From NCBI GenBank assembly GCA_964489835.1, contig CAZBBC010000013.1, forward strand, positions 3,578-67,577: a stretch of DNA of 64,000 nt, read 5' to 3'. Both the position numbers and the translations under genes were made by a program. Below the pieces are notes generated by a model. The model was not told the DNA's origin and did not search any database. It saw only the letters and a list, made by a program, of their open reading frames with translations. This stretch comes from an uncultured Calditrichota bacterium (GTDB lineage: Bacteria > Calditrichota > Calditrichia > JAJRVZ01). Below are positions 1-8,647 of the stretch, in pieces; the stretch's first letter is position 1; each line of letters begins with the position of its first letter.

Positions 1-84
1 CATGGGTGTGTCAGACTTGATGATGAGGCGATGCGCCTTGTTTTTAAAACACTGACCCATGGTTCCAGAATTTATATATATTAA
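1..84 (+). CDS. L,D-transpeptidase (YkuD family), C-terminal fragment truncated by the window start
   Basis: Frame 1 reads HGCVRLDDEAMRLVFKTLTHGSRIYIY*. This is the HGC(V/I)RL catalytic motif plus the typical YkuD C-terminal helix and strand. Confidence 0.85.
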   Translation, partial: HGCVRLDDEAMRLVFKTLTHGSRIYIY

Positions 85-169
85 GCCGTTTGCTGCGCTA
101 GGCTTTTGTAGCCAAAAACTTTGTTATTTTTGCAAAATTTTTATTAAGAAGCCGATACCGATCATAGGC

Positions 170-300
170 TTTGGATAAATGACCCACCCCATCTCCCCGC
201 CCGAGGGGCGGGTCGACACCCCTCCCTGCTTGCAGGGAGGGGCTGGGGGAGGGTCACTTGTGTATGATTTGTTTGCAGCCTTGGGCTACACAATGAATAA
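170..300 (+). repeat. Dispersed REP/MITE-like palindromic element, family A, copy 1
   Basis: Aligns with the reverse complement of 58149-58269. Contains hairpin CCCCTCCCTGC-TT-GCAGGGAGGGG (219-242), inner inverted repeat TGACCC...GGGTCA, and GCAGCC-TTG-GGCTAC. Confidence 0.9.
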
Positions 301-320
301 ATCAGGACAACTATTTCCTA

Positions 321-1094
321 ATGAAGAAATTTATTTTTTATCTGGTACTACTACTGTTTTTAATAGTTCTGATTACATCTGACTATAAACACGAATCGTG
401 TGATACTGGTGTCAATGACACCCTAAAGATAACTCCGGGTCAGGATTCTGTCAGAAAAATTGATCCCGTTGTAAGGCTTAAAAATAAACTTACCCATCTA
501 GAGTTAGAAAAAACATTTTGGAATAGTCGTATTTCTCTTGCTAAAGACGACCACCATCATTTGGTATTAAATCTGCCCGACAGCGCCTTATATTTAGATA
601 TTAAAGGAACTACTGTCCATGAATGTCCGTTGAATAAGTATTCAATAAGCGGAACGATTATGTCTTTACTGAAAACCGATCAAGCAAAACAATGGCTTCA
701 GAAGCCATTCCAATTGGAAGATGAATGGGCAACGATTCCCAAGCGCCCCATTCGTGTGAAAGATATTTCATATGCTGGATGGGAGGCCGATAGCCTCGAT
801 TTTTCTCCGTCAGATACAGATACAACTGATGTATTTATAATATTACGGTTCTCAAGAGATTTGACTCTTGGTTTAAAACAGGCTAAAGAAGTAACCTCAA
901 GTGACCCATTTCTTATACATCAGAAAGATTCAGATCCTGACTCTACACTTCTGGAAAATACAACCAATGAAAAAAAACAATTTTCTCAGTTGCTGAGCGG
1001 TCATTGGATCGATGTTAGTGTTACCCGTTCTGATGCGATTTCTATATTTCGTGCAATAACTAAGAATTCAAAAATCATCCTGTTAGTTGAATAA
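321..1094 (+). CDS. Exported or membrane-anchored hypothetical protein, possibly a non-catalytic YkuD-fold protein
   Basis: 257-aa ORF with an N-terminal hydrophobic segment. LVLNLPDSALYLDIKG and the C-terminal DAISIFRAITKNSKIIL resemble YkuD elements, but no HxxC motif is present. Confidence 0.6.
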   Translation: MKKFIFYLVLLLFLIVLITSDYKHESCDTGVNDTLKITPGQDSVRKIDPVVRLKNKLTHLELEKTFWNSRISLAKDDHHHLVLNLPDSALYLDIKGTTVHECPLNKYSISGTIMSLLKTDQAKQWLQKPFQLEDEWATIPKRPIRVKDISYAGWEADSLDFSPSDTDTTDVFIILRFSRDLTLGLKQAKEVTSSDPFLIHQKDSDPDSTLLENTTNEKKQFSQLLSGHWIDVSVTRSDAISIFRAITKNSKIILLVE

Positions 1095-1304
1095 GGGGTT
1101 GTAAAGCATTGATATATTTTGAAAGAATACGTTTAAAACAACCCCCTAATCTCCATTGTGCGGGTTGTTGCAGTATCACTTTTTTGTACAGCTTTTAATG
1201 TTTAAAAGCTTTGCTTCCCCCTTGGAAAAGGGGGATTGAGGGGGATATAAAATCGGTCAATATTATATATAAACAACCCCCTAACCCCCTTTGTTAAGGG
1301 GGAA
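1095..1304. repeat. Cluster of REP-like G/C-run palindromes, family B
   Basis: TTCCCCCTT-GGAA-AAGGGGGATTGAGGGGGAT (1215-1246) and inverted AACCCCCTAACCCCCTT-TGTT-AAGGGGGAA (1275-1304). Partial units are GGGGTTGT (1095) and ACAACCCCCTAA (1138). Confidence 0.8.
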
Positions 1305-1489
1305 TTAAATTGTTGATTATATGCTACTTATGATTTTTTTAATTAATTATTATGAATATATCAGAGCAGTAATTTCCAAACATTTACTTGCATTAAAATA
1401 AAATTTTAGAGATTTTGTATAAATTTTTTCAGAATATAGCTTAAATCAAAAAAGACAAGGAAAGTTTTATTTCAAAGGGGGAGTATTAA

Positions 1490-2392
1490 TTGAAACGTCG
1501 TCGATTTATTAAAACGAGTACAATCGGAGCCATTGGTGCCGGATTGATTCCAATGGCTGTCTATAGTCAGGAGAAAACCGCCGTTCCTGACGTCGTACGT
1601 GTAGTGAATGGAGAGCCCGGACAACTTTTACATAGCGCTCTTTCAGCGCTGGGCAGTATGTCACAATTTATTGCCAAAGGGGATATCGTTGTTGTAAAAC
1701 CGAACATGGGTTGGGATCGGTCACCCGAATATGCGGCCACTACAAATCCCGAATTAATCGCAGAAATAATAAAATCCTGTTTTGATGCCGGGGCCAAAGA
1801 AGTGAAGGTTTTTGACCGGACATGTAATAATCCCCGCCGTTGCTATCGAAATTCGAAAATCGAGGAAACAGCTAAAGCAGCCGGTGCTGATGTACAACAG
1901 ATCAGAAAAAACAAATATTCTCCTCTAAAATTAAAAAACGGAAAGGTCCTAAAAGAGTGGGCTATTTACGATGATTACCTGGAGGCGGATAAAGTCATTA
2001 ATGTGCCGATTGCAAAACACCATTCTCTGAGCGGCGTTAGTTTTGGCCTTAAGAATCTTATGGGTGTGATGGGAGATAACAGGGGTTCAATCCATTCCGG
2101 TTTTGAAAATAAACTTGCGGATATTGTGGGAGAAATTTTACCTACCTTAACCATTATCGATGCCTATCGTATACTCATCGCCAATGGGCCCTCCGGTGGT
2201 AACCTGGCAGATGTTAAACATAAAAAAACACTAATTGCGAGCAGTTGCGTTGTGACTGCGGATGTTGTTGCCTTAGATCTTTTTTCATACCCTCTCCAGA
2301 AAATCGGACATATTCGTGAAATGGTTGATCGTGGTTTGAATAAATTTGATATTAACAATCTCAATCTTAAAGAAATTAACCTAAGTTCCTAA
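1490..2392 (+). CDS. DUF362 family Fe-S protein with Tat signal peptide
   Basis: MKRRRFIK twin-arginine leader; VVVKPN, TNPEL, INVPIAKHH, GLKNLMG and DAYRIL motifs; TTG start preceded by AAAGGGGGAG. Confidence 0.85.
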   Translation: MKRRRFIKTSTIGAIGAGLIPMAVYSQEKTAVPDVVRVVNGEPGQLLHSALSALGSMSQFIAKGDIVVVKPNMGWDRSPEYAATTNPELIAEIIKSCFDAGAKEVKVFDRTCNNPRRCYRNSKIEETAKAAGADVQQIRKNKYSPLKLKNGKVLKEWAIYDDYLEADKVINVPIAKHHSLSGVSFGLKNLMGVMGDNRGSIHSGFENKLADIVGEILPTLTIIDAYRILIANGPSGGNLADVKHKKTLIASSCVVTADVVALDLFSYPLQKIGHIREMVDRGLNKFDINNLNLKEINLSS

Positions 2393-3936
2393 TGGTCAGA
2401 AGCAGACGTATAACCCAAATAATCTTCTTATTATTTTTTATCTTCCTCTTCCTGAAGGCCCGGTATCCATACGATGATTCTTTGTCGTCTGATATATTTC
2501 TTCGTTTCAGCCCTCTGATTCCCCTCTTTGATTTTATTGAGAATCTGAGTATTTCCATGCTTTTCTGGCCGGCGCTTATTATCCTGTTTTTTACCATATT
2601 TCTGGGAAGATTTTTTTGCGGTTGGATATGTCCTTTAGGAACCACTATTGATATTTCAAGCAAATTACTCAAGTCTCCTTCAAATAAAATTTCGATCAAA
2701 TTTGATAAACTACGTTACCTGAAATTTGGGTTATTACTCGCTTCGATTATACTGGCAATATTCTCAGTAAATCTGTGGGGTTATCTGGACCCTCTTTCTA
2801 TTTTCAATCGCGCATTGACGGTAATGCTATATCCTCTGAGTACGTTACTATCCGAAACAATTTTATTGCAAATATCAAATATCTCCTTTCTTGAGGATGC
2901 GGCCTACTGGTTATATGATTGGTACAAATTGGTCCTTATGCCCGAAGAGCAATCAAATTTACAGCAGGTATTCTTCATATCACTGTTTTTCCTGGTCATT
3001 CTTGGAACCGAGAAACTTTCCAGACGATTCTGGTGTCGTTATCTCTGTCCGGCAGGTGCCTGGCTTGGGTTTCTCTCTCAATTTCGTCTATATGAAAGAA
3101 TCGTGGGAGATACCTGTCCGGTCTGTAATAAATGTCAGGTCGAATGCAAAATGAACGCTATCCCGGAAAAAAATGTTGCTCAAACCAGCAAGATTGAATG
3201 TATCGAGTGCTTTAACTGCGGATCGCTTTGCCCGCCAAAAGCGAAATCAATAACATACCAATGGCGCTGGAAACCATATCATACACCGGTTGATTTCTCC
3301 CGACGACAGTTTATTACTACCTCCGCTGCCAGTTTGGTAACCCTTGGTATGTTAGCAACAGGATTGCAAAACCGGGAAGAAAAAGACCGGCTTATTCGTC
3401 CCCCCGGTTCATTACCGGAAGAAGAGTTTCTGAACCGGTGTATTCGTTGTCTGGAATGCGTACGTATCTGTGCCTCCAATGGAAAATGTCTGCAACCGGA
3501 TAGTATCCATAATAATGTATTGGAACTCTGGACACCGGTGGCACTGATGCGGGAAGGATATTGCGAATATAATTGTAATTTGTGTGGACAGGTATGTCCC
3601 ACGGAAGCCATTCTGCCTTTATCGTTGGATCAAAAGAAAAATACACCAATGGGGCTTGCTTATTTTGATAAAAATATCTGTATCCCTTATGCCCAGAATA
3701 AAGATTGTATCGTATGCGAGGAACATTGCCCGACACCCGATAAAGCGATTAAATTTGAAATAAAAGAAGTAATTATGCCTGACGGGACTGACCATCTAGT
3801 GAAATATCCCTATGTAATCAAAGAACTTTGTATCGGATGTGGGATCTGTGAAGATAAGTGCCCTCTTCCCGGCGCACCCGGTATTTTTGTCAATACCGAT
3901 CATCAGTTACGACTTACAAAAAATGACCTGTCCTAA
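2392..3936 (+). CDS. Membrane polyferredoxin (NapH/MauN-like membrane part fused to NapG/MauM-like ferredoxin)
   Basis: Several TM helices, CGWICPLG and WCRYLCPAG motifs, multiple CxxCxxCxxxCP clusters and an internal SRRQF motif. Start overlaps the upstream stop. Confidence 0.85.
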   Translation: MVRSRRITQIIFLLFFIFLFLKARYPYDDSLSSDIFLRFSPLIPLFDFIENLSISMLFWPALIILFFTIFLGRFFCGWICPLGTTIDISSKLLKSPSNKISIKFDKLRYLKFGLLLASIILAIFSVNLWGYLDPLSIFNRALTVMLYPLSTLLSETILLQISNISFLEDAAYWLYDWYKLVLMPEEQSNLQQVFFISLFFLVILGTEKLSRRFWCRYLCPAGAWLGFLSQFRLYERIVGDTCPVCNKCQVECKMNAIPEKNVAQTSKIECIECFNCGSLCPPKAKSITYQWRWKPYHTPVDFSRRQFITTSAASLVTLGMLATGLQNREEKDRLIRPPGSLPEEEFLNRCIRCLECVRICASNGKCLQPDSIHNNVLELWTPVALMREGYCEYNCNLCGQVCPTEAILPLSLDQKKNTPMGLAYFDKNICIPYAQNKDCIVCEEHCPTPDKAIKFEIKEVIMPDGTDHLVKYPYVIKELCIGCGICEDKCPLPGAPGIFVNTDHQLRLTKNDLS

Positions 3937-3969
3937 GAGTAATAAGAGCTATAAATCTGGTATCAGTTT

Positions 3970-5406
3970 ATGTCATCAATAATTTCTTTTATACTCGACG
4001 ACAAAGTCACATCGATTGATTTTAGTCAGAATCAGCAATACTCCCCGACAACGACTGTATTGAATTACTTGCGGAGTCTCCCGAACCACAAAGGAACAAA
4101 AGAAGGATGTGCGGAGGGGGATTGTGGTGCTTGTACGGTGGTACTTGCCGGACAGGGAAAAAATAATACGATCAATTACAAAACCGTCGATTCCTGTTTG
4201 CTATTTTTACCAATGATTCACGGAAAACAATTGATTACCATTGAAAACTTAAAATCTCCGGAGGGAGAACCACATCCCGTTCAACAGGCTATGGTAGAAA
4301 AGAATGCCAGTCAGTGCGGATTTTGTACACCCGGGATTGTTATGTCTTTATTTGGTCTCTATAAAAACAGAAATAAACCTTCCGTAACGCAAATCGAAGA
4401 GGCCTTGGCCGGAAATTTATGCCGGTGTACCGGTTATCAAGCCATCATTGAAGCCGCAGAATCCTCCTGTATCCATCGGGGTATCGATCATTTTACACAT
4501 GCTGAGGCTGGTACCCTTAAACGTCTTGCAGAGATTAAATCTCGTTCTCTCACTATTGAGGCTAAAAAGCAAAAGTATTATCGACCCATTTCTCTGCCTG
4601 AAGCTCTGCTTCTTAGAAAGAAATACCCGTCCGCCTTCATCCTTAACGGTGCAACAGACTTAGCCCTCAAAGTAACAAAAAATCACGATTCCTTATCTGA
4701 AATCATTGATCTGTCCGCTATCACCGGCCTGACCGGCATCAGAACGATGAAAAATTATACGATATTCGGTGCCGGAACCTCCCTTGAAGACATAAAGTCA
4801 TATTCAAAAAATCGCTTTCCCGCTCTGCATAATATGCTGACTGTTTTTGGATCGCTCCAGATTCGAAATTTTGCAACCCTGGGAGGCAACCTGGGCAGCG
4901 CCTCGCCGATTGGTGATAGCGCGCCTGTTTTAAGTGCCTATAATGCGCGTATTGAATTGCGAAGCAGGGATAGAAAACGGAGAGTAACCGTCGATGACTT
5001 TATCACCGGTTACCGTAAGACGCTTTGTCAAGCCGATGAATTAATTACCGCCATTGAAATTCCCGAAGCCAGGTCCGATGCCCCGGTTCATTTTTATAAA
5101 TTCTCCAAACGTCATGACCTGGATATTTCCACCACCAGTGGTGGATTCCGGCTGGAAACAGACAAACACGCCCGGGTAAAATCAATCAAACTGGTGTTTG
5201 GGGGATTAGCCGATCGGACAAAAAGAGCGATAAGGACAGAAAAATTTTTAACGGGAAAAGATTGGAATCGTGAAAATATTGAAGCAACATTTCCAATTCT
5301 TGAAAAAGAGTTTCTACCCATCTCAGATGCACGGGCCAGTGCCGAGGGCCGGAAGCTAGCTGCAAAAAATTTGTTGTTAAAATTTTGGTATGATACAACA
5401 CTATGA
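3970..5406 (+). CDS. xdhA: Xanthine dehydrogenase small subunit (two 2Fe-2S clusters and FAD)
   Basis: GTKEGCAEGDCGAC, QCGFCTPG and GNLCRCTGY motifs; FAD-domain QIRNFATLGGN, SPIGD and KFSKRHDLDIS. Confidence 0.93.
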   Translation: MSSIISFILDDKVTSIDFSQNQQYSPTTTVLNYLRSLPNHKGTKEGCAEGDCGACTVVLAGQGKNNTINYKTVDSCLLFLPMIHGKQLITIENLKSPEGEPHPVQQAMVEKNASQCGFCTPGIVMSLFGLYKNRNKPSVTQIEEALAGNLCRCTGYQAIIEAAESSCIHRGIDHFTHAEAGTLKRLAEIKSRSLTIEAKKQKYYRPISLPEALLLRKKYPSAFILNGATDLALKVTKNHDSLSEIIDLSAITGLTGIRTMKNYTIFGAGTSLEDIKSYSKNRFPALHNMLTVFGSLQIRNFATLGGNLGSASPIGDSAPVLSAYNARIELRSRDRKRRVTVDDFITGYRKTLCQADELITAIEIPEARSDAPVHFYKFSKRHDLDISTTSGGFRLETDKHARVKSIKLVFGGLADRTKRAIRTEKFLTGKDWNRENIEATFPILEKEFLPISDARASAEGRKLAAKNLLLKFWYDTTL

Positions 5407-7718
5407 ACAAAATTATAGCCCACGAAAGTGCCATTAAACATGTCAGTGGTGAATCAGTTTATGTCGATGATATCCTGACAGACTCCCGCTTATTAACCGC
5501 CCGGGTGGTCTACAGTCCATATGCACATGCCCGGATTAAATCGATTGATCTCTCTGCCGCTAAAGCGCTTCCCGGGGTGTACTCCATTCTAAGTTTTAAG
5601 GATATTCCGGGTGTGAATCAGATGGGGCCGGTTTTCAAAGATGAATTTTGTTTGGCTGAGGATGAGGTTATATTTATCGGTCAGGCCATTTGCCTGATTG
5701 CAGCTGAAGATGAAGATATTTGCCTACAGGCTCAGAAATTAATAAAGATAGATTTCAAACCGTTACCGGTCATACTTACCATCGAAGAGGCACAGAAAAA
5801 AAAGCAGATGTTTGGAGAGACGTATAAAATCCAGAGAGGAAATATAGATAAAGCACTTAAAGCATCATCGAATATACTTAATGGTCAGATAGCTACCGGT
5901 GCTCAGGAACACTGGTACTTGGAAACCCAGATTTGTCTCTGCCTGCCGGGTGAAGATCATGAAATCAATGTTTTCAGTTCAACACAACATCCTGCCGAGA
6001 CCCAGGCCCTGATTGCCGATGTGTTAGGGATTTCACGTAATGAAGTTCTGGTTGAAGTGCGTCGGCTGGGTGGAGCTTTTGGTGGAAAAGAGACCCAGGC
6101 CAATCATACGGCTTGTTGGGCTGCCCTTCTCTGTCAAGCTACCGGCCGACCCGTAAAACTAAGACTATCCCGCGACGATGACCAGAAAATGACCGGTAAA
6201 CGTCATCCCTTCCTGATTAAGTATACCGTCGGTTTTGATAAAAAAGGACATCTGAATGCCGCCAAATTTGAACTGAACAGCAATGGCGGTGCTGCCATTG
6301 ATTTGTCATTTGCCATCCTGGAAAGAGCGATGTTTCATGTCGATAATGCCTATTATATTCCGAATCTCTCGGTTACCGGTCGGGTATGGAAAACCAATAT
6401 TCCCCCAAACACTGCTTTAAGGGGTTTTGGTGCGCCCCAGGCGATAGCCGCTATCGAAAATATTATTGACCAAATTGCCCGTTTATTAAAAACAGATGCC
6501 TTAGAAATCAGACAGAAGAATCTTTATGGCGTTAAAAGGCGAAACACTACGCATTATGGTCAGGTTGTTGAATATAATCACCTTCCAAAAATATACAGGA
6601 AAATTATTCAATCTTCCTCCTATTTGAAACGTCGCAAAAAAATAGATCAATTCAACATAAAAAATGAATTCTATAAAAAGGGAATGGCCCTGACACCGGT
6701 AAAATTTGGTATATCATTTACAACCTCGTTTTTAAATCAGGCCGGGGCGCTGGTAAATGTTTATCAGGATGGTACGGTACTGGTAAATCATGGCGGAATA
6801 GAAATGGGACAGGGGCTGCATACAAAAATTCAACAAATTGCTGCTGCTGAATTTGGATTAAGTTTTGATCGGATAAAAGTAAACAACACTAATACATCAA
6901 AAGTGCCAAATACTTCCGCTACCGCTGCTTCTACCGGTACAGATTTAAATGGAATGGCAGTAAAAAATGCCGTCGAAAAATTAAAAAAGAGAATTGCCCT
7001 GGCCGTACGCGATCAGTTTTACACAGGGAAACCACCATCAAAGATAAAAGCCGGAAATATTATTTTTAAAAACAATTACTTATTCAGAAAAGATGCTCCC
7101 CGGAAAAGGCTGTCATTTGAGAAAGCTGTAAAGATTGCCTATCATCAGCAGATAAGTATGAGTGCCACCGGTTTTTACCGAACACCCCAAATTCGCTGGG
7201 ACAAAAAAGCCGGTCAAGGTCATCCATTTAATTATTATGCCTTTGGCATGGCCGTTTCTGAAGTTCTTCTGGATGTGCTAACCGGACATTTTAAAATATT
7301 ACGGACGGATATTCTACATGATGTCGGGGATTCTATCAATCCGGGAATAGACATTGGACAGGTGCAGGGTGGTTTTATTCAAGGAGTGGGCTGGTGCACA
7401 ACAGAAGAATGCAAATGGGATAACCAGGGAAATCTCTTGAATCATTCACCGGATACTTATAAAATTCCAACCATCAGTGATATCCCGGTTGATTTTCGTG
7501 TACAACTGTTAAAAGACGCACCCAACCCTAAAGCCATCCGTAAAAACAAAGCAGTTGGTGAGCCGCCCCTGATGTTATCTCTTTCCGTATGGTTAGCAAT
7601 TAAGGATGCGATTTCGGCAGTTGGCAATCACCGGATCGAACCCACGTTCTATCTACCCGCCACCAACGAGAAAATTCTCATTTCCATTGAAGATCTGAAA
7701 AGCAAAATAAAAATTTAA
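5403..7718 (+). CDS. xdhB: Xanthine dehydrogenase molybdopterin-binding subunit
   Basis: HESAIKHVSGE, QEHWYLE, GGAFGGKE, RGFGAPQ, GISFT, EMGQGL and KAVGEPP motifs; 4-bp overlap with xdhA. Confidence 0.95.
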   Translation: MNKIIAHESAIKHVSGESVYVDDILTDSRLLTARVVYSPYAHARIKSIDLSAAKALPGVYSILSFKDIPGVNQMGPVFKDEFCLAEDEVIFIGQAICLIAAEDEDICLQAQKLIKIDFKPLPVILTIEEAQKKKQMFGETYKIQRGNIDKALKASSNILNGQIATGAQEHWYLETQICLCLPGEDHEINVFSSTQHPAETQALIADVLGISRNEVLVEVRRLGGAFGGKETQANHTACWAALLCQATGRPVKLRLSRDDDQKMTGKRHPFLIKYTVGFDKKGHLNAAKFELNSNGGAAIDLSFAILERAMFHVDNAYYIPNLSVTGRVWKTNIPPNTALRGFGAPQAIAAIENIIDQIARLLKTDALEIRQKNLYGVKRRNTTHYGQVVEYNHLPKIYRKIIQSSSYLKRRKKIDQFNIKNEFYKKGMALTPVKFGISFTTSFLNQAGALVNVYQDGTVLVNHGGIEMGQGLHTKIQQIAAAEFGLSFDRIKVNNTNTSKVPNTSATAASTGTDLNGMAVKNAVEKLKKRIALAVRDQFYTGKPPSKIKAGNIIFKNNYLFRKDAPRKRLSFEKAVKIAYHQQISMSATGFYRTPQIRWDKKAGQGHPFNYYAFGMAVSEVLLDVLTGHFKILRTDILHDVGDSINPGIDIGQVQGGFIQGVGWCTTEECKWDNQGNLLNHSPDTYKIPTISDIPVDFRVQLLKDAPNPKAIRKNKAVGEPPLMLSLSVWLAIKDAISAVGNHRIEPTFYLPATNEKILISIEDLKSKIKI

Positions 7719-7794
7719 CCATCTGGTTAAATTTTTATTGATTTTTTAATCGTTGGTTCTTATAATTAACCGATTGTTTTAACCATATGGTTAA
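7706..7794 (+). promoter_or_regulatory. Sigma70 promoter of tetR flanked by TTAACCA-N2-TGGTTAA operator palindromes
   Basis: -35 TTGATT (7738-7743), 17-bp spacer, -10 TATAAT (7761-7766). Inverted repeat with perfect 16-bp arms at 7706-7739, and palindrome TTAACCATATGGTTAA at 7779-7794. Confidence 0.8.
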
Positions 7795-7815
7795 TATTCT
7801 TTTTGGAGTCCCGTA

Positions 7816-8442
7816 ATGGAACGAAGCAGAGAAACGGAGCAAAAAATCCTGAAAGCTGCCTGTGAAGTCTTTTTAAAAAAGGGTCACGACGGTGGCCGTA
7901 TGCAGGAAATCGCCGATAAGGCTGGGATCAATAAAGCCCTTCTTCATTATTACTTTCGGTCAAAAGATAAATTATTCAGAACCGTATTTAAGAAGGAATT
8001 ACGGCAAATGCTTGAAGATGTATTTTCTTCAATTTCTCTATCTGACACTTTAAAGGATTTTTTTCAACAATTTATCCACACCTATTTAAAAAATATATCA
8101 AAGAGAAAAAATGTCATGCGATTTATATTGTGGGAATTGAACAAATCTTCTGCAGAAATCGTCGATTGTTTTATTGAGGTTTTCGAAGCGCAGGGATTTG
8201 AAGGGAATCCACTAATACTAAGGATTAATCAGGCCATTGAAAATGGAGAAATCCGACCGCTTCAACCGGCTCATCTGGTGTTAAATTTGATGGGTATGAG
8301 TATTTTTCCCTTTATCGCCGCACCGATCGTTGAAAACATCATTCCGAATTTCCACATAAATGATCCGGATTTTTTAGCCGAGCGGGAAAAGGCTATTCTT
8401 GATATCATCTGGAACGGGATTAAAGTTGAAACCGAAAACTAA
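7816..8442 (+). CDS. TetR/AcrR family transcriptional regulator
   Basis: N-terminal HTH: ILKAACEVFLKKG...MQEIADKAGINKALLHYYFRSKDKL. Confidence 0.95.
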   Translation: MERSRETEQKILKAACEVFLKKGHDGGRMQEIADKAGINKALLHYYFRSKDKLFRTVFKKELRQMLEDVFSSISLSDTLKDFFQQFIHTYLKNISKRKNVMRFILWELNKSSAEIVDCFIEVFEAQGFEGNPLILRINQAIENGEIRPLQPAHLVLNLMGMSIFPFIAAPIVENIIPNFHINDPDFLAEREKAILDIIWNGIKVETEN

Positions 8443-8530
8443 AACCGATAAATATGTGATAGTGTCAAAAATACTATAAAAAAATGAAAAACTAAATTTA
8501 TAAAATCATTAATACAAAGAGCGTCGTATT

Positions 8531-8563
8531 AATTCCCCCTTATAAAGGGCGTTAGGGGGATGT
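8531..8563. repeat. Degenerate family-B REP-like palindrome
   Basis: AATTCCCCCTTATAAAGGGCGTTAGGGGGATGT resembles the units at 1215-1304. Confidence 0.65.
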
Positions 8564-8647
8564 ATATTTAAGCCAATAAAAATAATAGGTTAAATGGAAA
8601 ACATATGAAAACTTTTGACACTAGGAATATTTTATAAGGATAAGGTC

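Noticed and set aside
179-382. 67-aa ORF similar to the 66-aa ORF at 58118-58318 (DTPPCxQGGxGGGS)
   Set aside because: The similarity comes from translating the family-A DNA repeat. The ORF overlaps a real gene and has no convincing RBS.
5403-7718. ALRGFGAPQ instead of the usual AFRGFGGPQ in XdhB, hinting at altered substrate
   Set aside because: The key residues are retained (Glu in GGKE, Arg in LERA, Phe in RGF and GISFT, Glu in GEPP), consistent with ordinary xanthine dehydrogenase.
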